Assembly (NCBI GenBank): GCA_038143065.1
Contig: JAYQLI010000035.1
Span: forward strand, 2,792,225-2,856,224
Direction: 5' to 3'
DNA: 64,000 nt
Origin: Rhodospirillales bacterium
Lineage (GTDB): Bacteria > Pseudomonadota > Alphaproteobacteria > Bin95
The notes under the pieces were generated by a model. It did not search any database and had not been told where the DNA came from. It saw nothing but the letters and a program-made list of their open reading frames with translations. How positions within the stretch are numbered: position 1 is the stretch's first letter; each line of letters opens with the position of its first letter. The translations under genes and the position numbers were made by a program. This document shows, piece after piece, positions 41,904-52,460 of this stretch.

Positions 41904-44291
41904 GTGGCTGTTCGCCTCCCGATTCATGAAATTCTTCCTGAACTAATGGATGTGCTGGCGCAGGGGAGTAATGCAGTTCTGGTTGCTCCCCCTGGGGCAG
42001 GTAAATCGACAGCAATTCCTTTGGCTCTTTTGGACGCTGCATGGACCCAAGGCAAGCGAATTATAATGCTATCTCCTCGCCGCCTTGCAGTTCGTTCAGC
42101 CGCGGCCCGAATGGCTGAAATTATTGGTGAGCAAGTAGGACAGACAGTTGGTTATCGGGTCAGGATGGAAAACAAAGTTTCCTCCAAAACCCGGATTGAG
42201 GTCATGACGGAGGGTGTTTTTCTCCGCCGAATTATTGCAGACCCCGAACTATTAGATGTGGCAATCGTTCTTTTTGATGAATTCCATGAACGCAGTCTGG
42301 AAGCAGATTTGAGTCTAGCGCTTGCATTGGATTCCAGATCTGGTTTTCGACCTGACCTTCGTCTCATGCCAATGTCTGCATCTCTCGATGACCAACGCCT
42401 TCCAAAATTATTGGCTGGGCGTGTAGTCCGTTCAGAGGGACGAATGTTTCCCGTAGATACGTTCTACCTTGGTAGACGTCAGCAGGACCCATTGGAAGTT
42501 TCCGTAGCGGCGGCAGTGCGACTTGCTCTGAGAGACCAACTGGGAGGTATCTTGGTATTCCTGCCGGGGCAACGTGAGATTGCTGCAGTGGCAGATCGAC
42601 TGGCTAACTTAGGCCCAGATATAGCCTTGCTTCCACTTCATGGGGGGCTTGATGTTTCCAAACAAGATATGGCCGTTAGAGAGCTAAAAGACGGCCGCCG
42701 CAAGGTAGTACTTGCGACAGCAATTGCAGAAACTAGTCTCACAATCCCAGATATCCGCGTAGTCATCGATAGTGGTCTGTCTCGTGTGCCAAAGTTTGAT
42801 CCAGCTGTTGGTTTAACTCGGCTTGTGACAGAGCGGGCTACTTTATCATCGATTGAGCAGCGAAGAGGCAGGGCTGGGAGGTTAGAAAAAGGTGTAGCAT
42901 ATCGTCTGTGGGATGAGCCCGAGACGCGAGGATTGAAAGCTTTTCCAGTCCCACAAATTCTAGATGCAGATTTAACTTCTGTGGCTCTCGTGCTCGCTGA
43001 TTGGGGTGTTGAAAATCCAGACCAGCTTGCTTGGCTTGATCCTCCGTCTCTCGTTGCGCTTCGTTCAGCAAGGATCGAATTAACCGAAATTGGCTCTTTG
43101 GCAGACGACCGGCTTACTGAGCATGGTCGGCGGATCTTATTATTTCCAACAGCCCCAAAACTTGCACATATGATAATTTCTTCTCAAGCAGATGAAGAAG
43201 TTTTGCTCGCGGTGAGTCTTGCAGTGCTCGTTTCGGAGAGGGGACTTGGAGGTAAAAGCACAGACTTACGTCAACGACTTACTCGCTTAGGAAGCGATAA
43301 AAGTAAGCGCCTTTTTGAAGCCAGGAAACTGATAACCAGGATGGCAGATATATTAGGTCATACCAATGAGATAATTGATGTGGAGCGTGCTGGCGTTGTA
43401 CTTGCTCGGGCTTGGCCTGATCGGCTTGCTAAAGCTTTGAACGTGCCAGGACGCTATCAAATGGCTAATGGTCGCCAAGCCTGGTTGGAAGAAACAGACC
43501 CTCTTGCCAATGAAAAATGGCTTCTGATTGCAGATGGAACGGGTCATGCGGCGGGAGCACGAATTCTGGCGGCAGCACCTATTAAACCGAGTGATGCTGA
43601 GTCCTTGATGCAAGCGAACATAAAAAACAGCCGCATAGTTATTTTCGACAAAGCCAGTGGTGATATTAGGGTTAGAATAGAAAAACGCTTTGGCAGGATA
43701 ACTATTAACAGCCGACCAGAGACTGTAACCTTTGAAGATGTGATTGTCGGTTTGAGACAAGTGTTTGAGGCCCACGGGCTATCTATCCTGCCTTGGTCTC
43801 AGGCTGTGCTGTCATGGAGGGCAAGAGCTTCATTTCTATTCCCTGAAAAGTTTGATGAAAGAGCTCTTGTTGCATCAGCTGACAGCTGGCTGCCTATTGC
43901 TGTGGGGTCTGCACAAGGCATAAGTGGTATTAGGAACGATGACCTTTTGAAAGGCTTGAAAAGCCTGCTAGATTGGGACGATCTCCGGCGCCTCGAAATA
44001 GAAGTACCTGATAAGGTTTTGCTTTCAAATGGCCGGACCATAACAATTGACTACAGTGATCCAAACGGGCCAGCTACCGACGTTGTAATTCAGGAACTTT
44101 TTGGTGTTATTTCGCATCCAACAATATCTGGGAAACCTCTGCTGATACGCTTGCTATCACCAGCGCGTCGTCCACAGCAGACTACTCGTGACCTTCCTGG
44201 TTTTTGGACAGGTTCCTATACACAGGTGCGAGCTGAATTACGTGGCCGTTATCCCAAGCACTCTTGGCCAGAAGATCCCAGAACAGTCTAA
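41904..44291 (+). CDS. hrpB: ATP-dependent RNA helicase HrpB
   Basis: APPGAGKST, DEFHERS, ATAIAETSLTI, QRRGRAGR, LLSPARRP, RYPKHSWPEDP. Confidence 0.95.
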   Translation: MAVRLPIHEILPELMDVLAQGSNAVLVAPPGAGKSTAIPLALLDAAWTQGKRIIMLSPRRLAVRSAAARMAEIIGEQVGQTVGYRVRMENKVSSKTRIEVMTEGVFLRRIIADPELLDVAIVLFDEFHERSLEADLSLALALDSRSGFRPDLRLMPMSASLDDQRLPKLLAGRVVRSEGRMFPVDTFYLGRRQQDPLEVSVAAAVRLALRDQLGGILVFLPGQREIAAVADRLANLGPDIALLPLHGGLDVSKQDMAVRELKDGRRKVVLATAIAETSLTIPDIRVVIDSGLSRVPKFDPAVGLTRLVTERATLSSIEQRRGRAGRLEKGVAYRLWDEPETRGLKAFPVPQILDADLTSVALVLADWGVENPDQLAWLDPPSLVALRSARIELTEIGSLADDRLTEHGRRILLFPTAPKLAHMIISSQADEEVLLAVSLAVLVSERGLGGKSTDLRQRLTRLGSDKSKRLFEARKLITRMADILGHTNEIIDVERAGVVLARAWPDRLAKALNVPGRYQMANGRQAWLEETDPLANEKWLLIADGTGHAAGARILAAAPIKPSDAESLMQANIKNSRIVIFDKASGDIRVRIEKRFGRITINSRPETVTFEDVIVGLRQVFEAHGLSILPWSQAVLSWRARASFLFPEKFDERALVASADSWLPIAVGSAQGISGIRNDDLLKGLKSLLDWDDLRRLEIEVPDKVLLSNGRTITIDYSDPNGPATDVVIQELFGVISHPTISGKPLLIRLLSPARRPQQTTRDLPGFWTGSYTQVRAELRGRYPKHSWPEDPRTV

Positions 44292-44387
44292 GCCACCAAA
44301 GTCTCGTACTCGGCGTTCATAGATGTTTTCTTGATTGGTATTTTAAAATTTCTAAGAGGAACGGGATTAAAATATTGGAGGTGAGTT

Positions 44388-45167
44388 ATGAGTTGGATGG
44401 AAGCCAATGGTGTAGAGCTGCATTATGTATTAGAGGGACCAAAGGCCAAAAAACCGCTCGTCTTAATTCATGAGTTAGGTGGGAGCTTTGCCAGCTGGGA
44501 CCGTGCAATGCCATTGATGCAGACCCGTCGAACCTTGCGTTGGGACTGGCGTGGTGCTGGCCAATCTGAAAAAGTCAGAGGAGAATTATCGGTTTCCGAC
44601 CTAGTTGCAGACTTAAGTGCCTTGCTTGATGGCCTGGGAATATCTGAGACGGTTGATATAGCGGGTACAGCTTTAGGGGGTGGTGTGGCTTTAGCATTCG
44701 CAGCGCGGGAGCCGTTGCGGGTAAATAGGTTAGTTGTTTCAAGTCCAGCTATCGGCGGAGATAGTGGGATAGAAGATATGTTGCGCAGTAGAGCCGATGA
44801 CGTTGAGAAGGTGGGGATGAGAGCTCAAGTAGATATCAGCCTTGATCGTTCCTATTTGCCGAAATATCGTGACGACGAAATTGCCTTTCAGAACTATCGT
44901 TCAAGATGGATTGCCAACGACCCCGGCAGTTATGCCAGTCACAACAGAATGTTAGCTGGCATGGATGAACGAAAAAACTTGTCTAAAATCGTTGCTCCAA
45001 CTCTCGTTATTGGTGGTATTGATGACAGCCTGTTACCGCCAAAAGATATGGCTACTATAGCAACTCATATCCAAGGGGCAGAATTCGTCGAACTGCCTAC
45101 TGGACATTTTGCGGCCGTCAATACACCAGAGCTATGGGCTAATGTAGCGCTAGGATTTTTTGGGTGA
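44388..45167 (+). CDS. Alpha/beta hydrolase fold protein (PcaD-like)
   Basis: LIHELGG, DWRGAGQS, GTALGG at the nucleophile elbow, TGH. Confidence 0.85.
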   Translation: MSWMEANGVELHYVLEGPKAKKPLVLIHELGGSFASWDRAMPLMQTRRTLRWDWRGAGQSEKVRGELSVSDLVADLSALLDGLGISETVDIAGTALGGGVALAFAAREPLRVNRLVVSSPAIGGDSGIEDMLRSRADDVEKVGMRAQVDISLDRSYLPKYRDDEIAFQNYRSRWIANDPGSYASHNRMLAGMDERKNLSKIVAPTLVIGGIDDSLLPPKDMATIATHIQGAEFVELPTGHFAAVNTPELWANVALGFFG

Positions 45168-45208
45168 AGGCTAAAGAGATCAGCAAATCTTTTGTGTTTC
45201 CAGCAATA

Positions 45209-45233
45209 GGAGAGGTTACATTTGTTCCTCTCC
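45209..45233. terminator. Candidate hairpin between convergent genes
   Basis: GGAGAGG-N11-CCTCTCC between the hydrolase and nrdJ stop codons; U-tract weak. Confidence 0.45.
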
Positions 45234-45256
45234 CAAATATCGAATTTGCCTTCAGC

Positions 45257-48200
45257 CTAGCTGCATCCCGTCGTTGCGCCGCAACTATCACATTTTAGAC
45301 AGACACCATTCCGCACCAGTGTAAAGTTTGCGCATTCTGGGCAAGGGTCACCTTCATAGCCCTTAAGCCTGGCAATTGCTGCTGAAGCTGCTGCATTGCT
45401 TCCACCCGCAGAGATTGCGGAAACGACTGCTGCATCTCCAGTAGCGACAACCCCAACTCCGCCTCCTGCAGCTGCTGCGCGGGCTTCAGTTACATATTCA
45501 GCTTGGCCTTGCGAAGGAAGACTTGATTTTGCAATTTCGGTTGCTTCCTCGATAGCTTTTTCGGCTTTCTTCTCTGTTGCATTAGAGAAAATCACGAGAT
45601 TATCACGAACGTACCCTTTCGATGCTACGCGTTTTACGACGTCCATCGTTTCCTGATGCAGCTCGTCAACTTTGCGCTCGCGCCAATCCATGTCGAGAGC
45701 GCTCTCATCTTCACCTTCTCCCATACTATCCGGGTTTAGGTCTGCTGGATCGGCATGGGATAAGTCATTCCTACCAAGGTACGAAATAGCTAACTCTCGG
45801 AACAGATAGTCTAGAATCGAGGTCGACATTTTGATTGCGTCGTTGCCGGTTACCATTCCCGCAGGTTCAAAGCGGGTGAAAGTGTACGCCTCGACAAATT
45901 CCTCTAATGGAACCCCATATTGAAGGCCAATGGATACAGCAATCGCAAAGTTATTCATGAGTGAGCGGAACGCAGCACCCTCTTTGTGCATATCAACAAA
46001 GATTTCACCGAGTTGACCATCTTCGTATTCTCCTGTGCGAAGATAGACTTTATGGCCGCCTACACTTGCTTTCTGGGTATAACCTTTTCTCCTGTGAGGC
46101 AGGCGCTTGCGTTCAATCACTTTGCGTTCAATTACGCGTTCTACAATGCGCTCTGCCAACATCTGTGCTCGTTGACCATTCGGCGCATCAGCAATTTTTT
46201 CCGCAAGGGTTTCTTCTTCAATATCAGCGTCATCGTCGCCAAGTGCGATCGCTGCTAAAGGCTGAGAGAGTTTTGAACCATCTCGATACAATGCATTTGC
46301 TTTAAGGCCTAGACGCCAAGAAAGCAGGTAGGCTTCCTTACAATCTTCAACAGTGGCTGCATTGTCCATATTGATGGTTTTAGAAATAGCTCCTGAAATA
46401 AAAGGTTGGGCTGCGGCCAGCATGCGGATATGACTATCTGCGGAAAGATAGCGCTGGCCTTTCTTTCCACATCTATTGGCGCAATCAAATACTGCTAAAT
46501 GCTCATCTTTAAGGTCAGGGGCTCCCTCAAGGGTCATTGTCCCGCAGACGTGTTCGTTGGCGGCTTCAATAGCGTGTTTTGAAAACCCAAGAGCTGAAAG
46601 CATATCGAAGTCTGGACTGTCCAGCTGGGCATCTGTAAAGCCCAAGTCTGATTTACAGAAGTCATCCCCTAACAAATAGCGATTGAAGACGAAGCGAATA
46701 TCAAACGCGCTCGCAAGCTGTCCCTCTACTATTTCTAATTTTTCGGCCGAGAACCCTAATTCCCCCAGGGTTTCATGATTGATTTCAGGGGCCTCTTTCA
46801 ACGACCCATATCCCACCGCGTAGCGAGTGATCTGTTCTATTTGTGAGGAGGTATACCCAAGAGTGTCGAGAGCAGTAGGAACCATCCGGTTGATGATTTT
46901 AAAATACCCACCTCCAGCAAGTTTTTTGAATTTTACCAGTGCAAAGTCTGGTTCAATGCCGGTGGTGTCACAGTCCATCACCAGACCGATCGTGCCGGTT
47001 GGTGCAATTACGGTTGCTTGCGCATTTCTATAGCCATGGGCTTCACCTTTTTCTAAAGCTTTGTCCCAGGCCTCCTTTGCAGCTTCAGCAAGACCGGCAA
47101 ATGGTACCGCTATGGAATCCAGGGCGACCGGAGCTATTGTCAATCCTTCATAATCTGTTGCTGCGTGTGCCGCCCTACGGTGATTGCGAATAACCCGCAG
47201 CATCTCTGCCTTATTTTCTTCAAATCGGCGAAATGGTCCTAATTCTGATGCCATTTCAGCAGATGTTTCATATGACACAGCTGTCATCACTGCTGTAATT
47301 GCGCCTGCGGCAGCCCGGCCCCCATCTGAATCATATGGCAGTCCTGCCGCCATAAGTAGGCCGCCGATATTTGCATATCCAAGGCCAAGAGTACGAAAAT
47401 CGTATGAGCCCAGAGCAATTTCCTCAGAAGGGAATTGCGCCATCAGTACAGAGATTTCCAGCACAACTGTCCAAAGTCGGCAAGCGTGACGGAACCCATC
47501 GATATCAAACGACCCATCTTCCTTCCGGAACGCCATCAGGTTGATGGAGGCAAGGTTACATGCAGTGTCATCGAGGAACATATACTCTGAACAAGGATTT
47601 GAAGCGTTGATGCGCCCAGATACTGGGCATGTGTGCCACTCGTTGATTGTGGTATCAAACTGCACGCCTGGATCTGCAGACGCCCATGCTGCATGGCTTA
47701 TATTGTCCATGAGGTCTTTGGCAGAAATTGTCTTTGAAACTTTGCCTGTTGTTCTCTCAATCAGATCCCAATCATCATTGGCTTCAGCTTTTGCAAGAAA
47801 GTCATTTGTCAGTCGAACAGAGTTATTCGAGTTCTGACCGGAAACTGTAAGATAGGCCTCTGAATCCCAATCTGTGTCGTATTCTCTGAAATCAATGCCC
47901 TCAACTCCCTGGCGCGCGAGTTGGATTGTGCGTTGGATATAATTTTCCGGTACGCAAGCCCTTCGAGCAGCTTTTATAGCCAGTTTAAGAGGATGATTTA
48001 CCGCTGGATCAAAGGCAGCATCGCCAGCTGACTCAGCGTCACTACAAGCTTCGAGGATACCATTCAATGTCTTGCGGGTCAGTTTGGAACCTGCGACCAG
48101 AGCAGCTACTTTCTGCTCCTCTACCACCTTCCAGTTGATATACGTTTCAATGTCTGGGTGGTCCACGTCCACCGTAACCATTTTGGCTGCACGGCGAGTT

Positions 48201-49018
48201 GTCCCGCCAGATTTAATGGCACCAGCTGCACGGTCTCCAATTTTGAGAAAGCTCATTAGGCCAGATGACTTGCCACCTCCTGAGAGGTTTTCGCCCTCTC
48301 CTCGCAAAGCCGAGAAGTTTGCGCCTGTTCCTGATCCGTATTTAAAGAGACGCGCCTCACGAACCCAAAGATCCATAATCCCGCCCGGATTAACCAGATC
48401 GGCTGACACTGATTGAATGAAGCATGCGTGAGGTTGAGGGCGCTCATAGGCCGAGTGGGAAGCGGTCATTTCCTCAGTTTCTGGGTCTACATAGAAATGG
48501 CCTTGAGACGGTCCGTCGATGCCATAAGCCCAATGGAGGCCAGTGTTAAACCACTGTGGAGAATTGGGAGCGGCCATCTGGTTGGCAAGCATGTACCGCA
48601 TTTCGTCGAAAAAGGCTTTTGCATCATCTTCTGACTCGAAATAGCCGCCTTTCCAGCCCCAATAAGTCCAAGCGCCAGCAAGGCGGTCGAACACCTGCCT
48701 GGCATCATCTTCGCCACCAAATTGATCTGCTTCTGGCAGGAGAGACATCGCGTCGGTATCAGCTTGCCGGCGTTGTAAGAAAGAAGGGACATCTTTTTCA
48801 ACTACAGCTTGCAGGCGTTTTGGAACGCCAGCTTTGCGGAAATATTTTTGAGCTAGGACATCGACTGCTACCTGAGACCATTTCTCTGGAACGTCGATGT
48901 CAGCAGCACTGAAAACTAGTCCACCGTTTGGATTTCGGATCTCGCTAGTCGCAGAGCGAAATGGAATATCCGTGTATGGAGACGTCCCGGACTTTGTAAA
49001 CTTACGTTCGATGCGCAT
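45257..49018 (-). CDS. nrdJ: Vitamin B12-dependent (class II) ribonucleotide reductase
   Basis: [29 protein letters not shown]-terminal TSCPD region and CPEC..CDSCG; start MRIERKFT. Confidence 0.96.
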   Translation of the reverse strand: MRIERKFTKSGTSPYTDIPFRSATSEIRNPNGGLVFSAADIDVPEKWSQVAVDVLAQKYFRKAGVPKRLQAVVEKDVPSFLQRRQADTDAMSLLPEADQFGGEDDARQVFDRLAGAWTYWGWKGGYFESEDDAKAFFDEMRYMLANQMAAPNSPQWFNTGLHWAYGIDGPSQGHFYVDPETEEMTASHSAYERPQPHACFIQSVSADLVNPGGIMDLWVREARLFKYGSGTGANFSALRGEGENLSGGGKSSGLMSFLKIGDRAAGAIKSGGTTRRAAKMVTVDVDHPDIETYINWKVVEEQKVAALVAGSKLTRKTLNGILEACSDAESAGDAAFDPAVNHPLKLAIKAARRACVPENYIQRTIQLARQGVEGIDFREYDTDWDSEAYLTVSGQNSNNSVRLTNDFLAKAEANDDWDLIERTTGKVSKTISAKDLMDNISHAAWASADPGVQFDTTINEWHTCPVSGRINASNPCSEYMFLDDTACNLASINLMAFRKEDGSFDIDGFRHACRLWTVVLEISVLMAQFPSEEIALGSYDFRTLGLGYANIGGLLMAAGLPYDSDGGRAAAGAITAVMTAVSYETSAEMASELGPFRRFEENKAEMLRVIRNHRRAAHAATDYEGLTIAPVALDSIAVPFAGLAEAAKEAWDKALEKGEAHGYRNAQATVIAPTGTIGLVMDCDTTGIEPDFALVKFKKLAGGGYFKIINRMVPTALDTLGYTSSQIEQITRYAVGYGSLKEAPEINHETLGELGFSAEKLEIVEGQLASAFDIRFVFNRYLLGDDFCKSDLGFTDAQLDSPDFDMLSALGFSKHAIEAANEHVCGTMTLEGAPDLKDEHLAVFDCANRCGKKGQRYLSADSHIRMLAAAQPFISGAISKTINMDNAATVEDCKEAYLLSWRLGLKANALYRDGSKLSQPLAAIALGDDDADIEEETLAEKIADAPNGQRAQMLAERIVERVIERKVIERKRLPHRRKGYTQKASVGGHKVYLRTGEYEDGQLGEIFVDMHKEGAAFRSLMNNFAIAVSIGLQYGVPLEEFVEAYTFTRFEPAGMVTGNDAIKMSTSILDYLFRELAISYLGRNDLSHADPADLNPDSMGEGEDESALDMDWRERKVDELHQETMDVVKRVASKGYVRDNLVIFSNATEKKAEKAIEEATEIAKSSLPSQGQAEYVTEARAAAAGGGVGVVATGDAAVVSAISAGGSNAAASAAIARLKGYEGDPCPECANFTLVRNGVCLKCDSCGATTGCS

Positions 49019-49028
49019 AATTCGGCGC

Positions 49029-49085
49029 CCCCTATATCTAGATAGCCTAACGTTCAACACCACAATCGTAATCTACCTATAGTAT
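49029..49085. promoter_or_regulatory. Tandem NrdR-box candidates upstream of nrdJ
   Basis: CTATATCTAG (49032-49041) and CTACCTATAG (49073-49082) match the NrdR core CWAYATMTWG with 0 and 1 mismatch, 41 bp apart. Confidence 0.6.
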
Positions 49086-49301
49086 TTTACAAAGTGGAAA
49101 ACGCAACATTATGTATGTAACTAGGGCGAGGTATTTAGCGCAACCACAAAATCCGATAAAATTATATTGAGACTGTTGGCGATTTTCTGTAACGCTCTGT
49201 GAGCGGAGGATTCATCAAGAGGGCTAAGCTCTGGACGAAGAAGAAGCCATCAGCCATATTCAGAGAAAACCCGGGTTTATACTCTTGGAGTTGGATGATT
49301 T

Positions 49302-49649
49302 ATGACGTCAATCGGTACACGTTTTTATACTTGGCGGTTTGGTGAACGGGTAGGAGATGATCCGTTTGGTAACGTCTATTATAGGCATAAGGATACGTCT
49401 CAAGATAAACGCTGGGTAGTGTTTGCGCATGCTGTCGAGGCATCATCTGTACCGGCTGAATGGCATGCTTGGTTACACAAGTCAGTCGATAAGATCCCAA
49501 CTGAGTGGGCCAACCCACCCACCTTCGCGAAAGAGCACCAGCCAAATCGAACTGGAAGTGCAGCGGCGTACAGGCCACCCGGGCATGACTACATGGGAGG
49601 CAAGCGCGCCGCAGCGACAGGTGATTACGAGCCCTGGCAGCCAGAATAG
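49302..49649 (+). CDS. NADH:ubiquinone oxidoreductase subunit NDUFA12 family
   Basis: VGDDPFGNVYY, RWV, VPAEWHAWLH, PNRTGS, GDYEPWQP. Confidence 0.92.
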   Translation: MTSIGTRFYTWRFGERVGDDPFGNVYYRHKDTSQDKRWVVFAHAVEASSVPAEWHAWLHKSVDKIPTEWANPPTFAKEHQPNRTGSAAAYRPPGHDYMGGKRAAATGDYEPWQPE

Positions 49650-49656
49650 GAATGTA

Positions 49657-50115
49657 ATGCGAAGAAATGCTCTTGAAACGGTTATCGGGGCGCTAGTCAT
49701 AGCGGCAGCTGTTGGCTTCCTCGCATTTTCTTACATGGCAGCCGATATTGGGAGTGTGTCGGGTTACAAGGTTTTAGCTCGGTTTGATAGAATTGAAGGC
49801 CTCAAAGCAGGATCTGAAGTTCGAATGAGTGGAATCCGAGTTGGACAAGTAAAATCACTTTCGCTAGAGCGAGAAACCTATTTCGCGTTAGTTGAAATGG
49901 AAATCGACCATTCTGTGAGCTTGCCAGCCGATAGTTCGGCGGCAATCATCAGTGAAAGTTTACTAGGAGGTAAGTTTCTAGCGCTCACTCCCGGCGGTGA
50001 TATTGCAATGCTTTCGGACGGAGACGAAATTCGGTTCACCCAATCGCCAGTGAGTTTAGAGCAGCTTATAGGAAAGTTTATGTTTGGAGCCGAGGGCGAT
50101 AACAAGAAGCAATGA
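49657..50115 (+). CDS. mlaD: MlaD/MCE-domain lipid asymmetry protein
   Basis: ETVIGALV, GLKAGSEVRMSGIRVG, SLLGGKFLALTPGG, LEQLIGKF. Confidence 0.9.
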   Translation: MRRNALETVIGALVIAAAVGFLAFSYMAADIGSVSGYKVLARFDRIEGLKAGSEVRMSGIRVGQVKSLSLERETYFALVEMEIDHSVSLPADSSAAIISESLLGGKFLALTPGGDIAMLSDGDEIRFTQSPVSLEQLIGKFMFGAEGDNKKQ

Positions 50116-50486
50116 GTTGGCGAAAAATATTTTGGGCTGCTGGTTTTGCTTTCTTGAGTAATCCGGCAGTTGCTGAATACCAATTGATGCCAGGTGCTAT
50201 AATTCAAGGATTAGATAAGATAACTGCTCGCGTCTCTGAGATTAGGGTGATGAATGGGCAATCGAGCCAATTTGGTGGGCTTATAATAAAAGTTTCAACC
50301 TGCTATAATCGTCCCCCTGAAGAACCGCCTGAGGCGGCTGCCTTCCTTGAGATAACTGATGCCAAAACGTCTTCCGAAGACTTAATTTTTCAAGGTTGGA
50401 TGTTTGCTTCAAGTCCAGCGATTTCTCCCCTCGAACACCCTGTATATGACGTCAGAGTTCTTCGCTGTGTTCCTCCCAGATTATAA
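50112..50486 (+). CDS. DUF2155-family exported protein
   Basis: LDKITAR, FQGWMFASSP, EHPVYDV; conserved position after mlaD. Confidence 0.88.
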   Translation: MSWRKIFWAAGFAFLSNPAVAEYQLMPGAIIQGLDKITARVSEIRVMNGQSSQFGGLIIKVSTCYNRPPEEPPEAAAFLEITDAKTSSEDLIFQGWMFASSPAISPLEHPVYDVRVLRCVPPRL

Positions 50487-50625
50487 AGTTTAGAGCCAAG
50501 GTTTAAACAAACGTCTCTTTTCGTGTAACATCTGACTTCTCAAAAAAATCTATCTGATTATTAGATTCAAACATGTCTTTATTTCAACAATTGGGCTCAG
50601 CTCATAATCTGTAGGACCGAACCTT

Positions 50626-51252
50626 ATGCGCTCATTTGCTACGATTTTTGGAATGCTTTTTCTGTTTTAGCGATTGAAATAAGCGCACAAGAAGCCACTC
50701 AGCAAGAGAATAGGCCTTATTTTGAGGGGCGCTTAGGAATTATTGCCCCCTACGATTCAAATTGGTCTGGCACCCTAGCTGGCGTAGCTTCATCTGGTGA
50801 TATCCAGTGGGACCAAGAAAATTTGGCCTATGGAGGTGAGCTTGGACTCAAAAATGTAGCTGGCACAGGCCTGCGATTGGGAGTTTCGGTGCTAAGCACC
50901 TCATTTGAACCTGATCAAATTTGTGCGGACTCCGGAACATGTGTTGCGCTAGGAGGAGGATTTTGACGCCGAGATCTATCTAGGAAACATCTACTATGAT
51001 TTTGACCTTGACGGCGTTCAGCCCTTCATTGGTCTTGGTATTGGTTTTATTGACGATGGCGATAGGCGTGTAGCGTCATCAGCCGCGTTAGGTGTTAGTT
51101 TGGATATTGATGAAAATTTTTATGTTAGTTTCCGTGGTGACTATATTTACGCGGACACGGCTGCTTCAAAAAATTTTGGCGGTGGTACATCGGTTACTCC
51201 CAGTGACTTGGACGCCTGGTCTTTTGGAGTAGCTATTGGGTATAGGTACTAG
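50626..51252 (+). CDS. Small outer-membrane beta-barrel protein (OmpA/opacity-like), two frameshifts, absent from ORF track
   Basis: Manual translation: signal peptide, PYFEGRLG, NIYYDFD..VQPFIGLGIG, C-terminal FGVAIGYRY*. Confidence 0.8.
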
Positions 51253-51278
51253 GACTTAAATATCCGTAAGTGTTTTTG

Positions 51279-52181
51279 TTAAGAATTACTGTCCAGTCTA
51301 ATTTTTAACATCTCTCGGTGTAAAATATATAATCCAGATGCTGCAATTATGCTGACCCCTATCCATGTGGTAGGCACAGGTAGTGCGCCCCAAATTAAAA
51401 GCCCCCAGAGTGTCGCCCATAAAAAGTTAGTATATCTTATAGGTGCGATTGTTGCTGCCTCTGCCAGTCGTAAGGCTTCCATCATTAAATAATGTGCAAT
51501 GCCAAGAAGCATGGCTGCGGTTGCAATTAGACACAAACCGCTAAAGCTTGGGGTCTTCCAAGCGAAAGGAATAGTGACAAGCCCGGAAATGCCTACACAA
51601 GTGGTTGAGACCGCCAGAATAGCGATAGTGCTCTCGCGCTCTAAACTCATTTGGCGTTGCAATACATCTCTTCCCGCGCCAGCTAGGGCGGCACCTAGTG
51701 GGAAAAGTGTGGCCCAGACAAAGCTCTCACCACCTGGTTGGATGATGATCATTGCTCCGACAAAGCCGACCAAAACAGCGGTCCATCTCCGCCAGCCCAC
51801 TTTCTCAGCTAGAAATGGAGCTGCCAACATTGTTAGAAAAAGTGGGCCGACCGATGAGATTGCAATAGCTTGTGCTAGCGGAAGGGATTGGAGGCCTAGA
51901 AAGAAGCACCAGCTTGAGAAAATTAATAAACCGCCACGACTTAGTTGCCGTTTCCAATCGTAAACTTTCAGAGAACTTTTTCCGCCAGCTCGCCAAGCTA
52001 GAATTGTGATTGGTATCCAAACAAATGCGGCCCTAATCGCAAGTGTTTCTCCCAAAGGTAGGTTTTCGTTAGCTAGTTTCATCAACGCATCATTAATTGT
52101 TATGATGCCCACTCCGGAAAGCATCAGGATAATACCTTGAGCACCTGAAGGTAGAATTCGTAATTTTTCAAAAAATTTCAT
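51279..52181 (-). CDS. DMT/EamA-family transporter
   Basis: About ten TM segments, LPLAQAIAI, EKVGWRRW, IIIQPG, APIRY. Confidence 0.92.
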   Translation of the reverse strand: MKFFEKLRILPSGAQGIILMLSGVGIITINDALMKLANENLPLGETLAIRAAFVWIPITILAWRAGGKSSLKVYDWKRQLSRGGLLIFSSWCFFLGLQSLPLAQAIAISSVGPLFLTMLAAPFLAEKVGWRRWTAVLVGFVGAMIIIQPGGESFVWATLFPLGAALAGAGRDVLQRQMSLERESTIAILAVSTTCVGISGLVTIPFAWKTPSFSGLCLIATAAMLLGIAHYLMMEALRLAEAATIAPIRYTNFLWATLWGLLIWGALPVPTTWIGVSIIAASGLYILHREMLKIRLDSNS

Positions 52182-52460
52182 GGGATAGCTTGCGCAGTAG
52201 AAAGGTCATATTTCAAACAAGATGGTTACCTGTTTGTGCCCTAGCAGCAAGCGTTCAGTTGCTGTTTTTCTTGGTTAAAATGGACCCATCTCTATAGAAC
52301 ATGGTTACTATAAATCTCCTAAAACATATGTGGATCTGTTTGTTTGGCGGGGCGCAAACACTTTTAAGTGCAAAAGTGAATGCCTTAAAAAATAGGGTAT
52401 CAAGCCGAAGAGACTGAAAATTAGTTGGATCTAATGCAACTGAAGTCTAATTTCTAAAAC

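Noticed and set aside
36467-44291. DinG plus HrpB helicases as a defence system (e.g. type IV CRISPR DinG)
   Set aside because: Both look like standard housekeeping alphaproteobacterial helicases; there are no cas, nuclease or array neighbours.
45257-49018. Intein or intron in the large NrdJ
   Set aside because: The length fits long-form alphaproteobacterial NrdJ, the ORF is continuous, and I saw no intein splice motifs.
45396-49082. Numerous antisense ORFs over nrdJ and other long genes
   Set aside because: They are shadow ORFs with no recognisable motifs.
49302-50486. NDUFA12-mlaD-DUF2155 next to nrdJ as a novel module
   Set aside because: This is a common conserved arrangement in Alphaproteobacteria.
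52290-52312. LexA box upstream of uvrB
   Set aside because: GAACATGGTTACTAT does not match the alphaproteobacterial GAAC-N7-GAAC / GTTC-N7-GTTC consensus in the second half-site.
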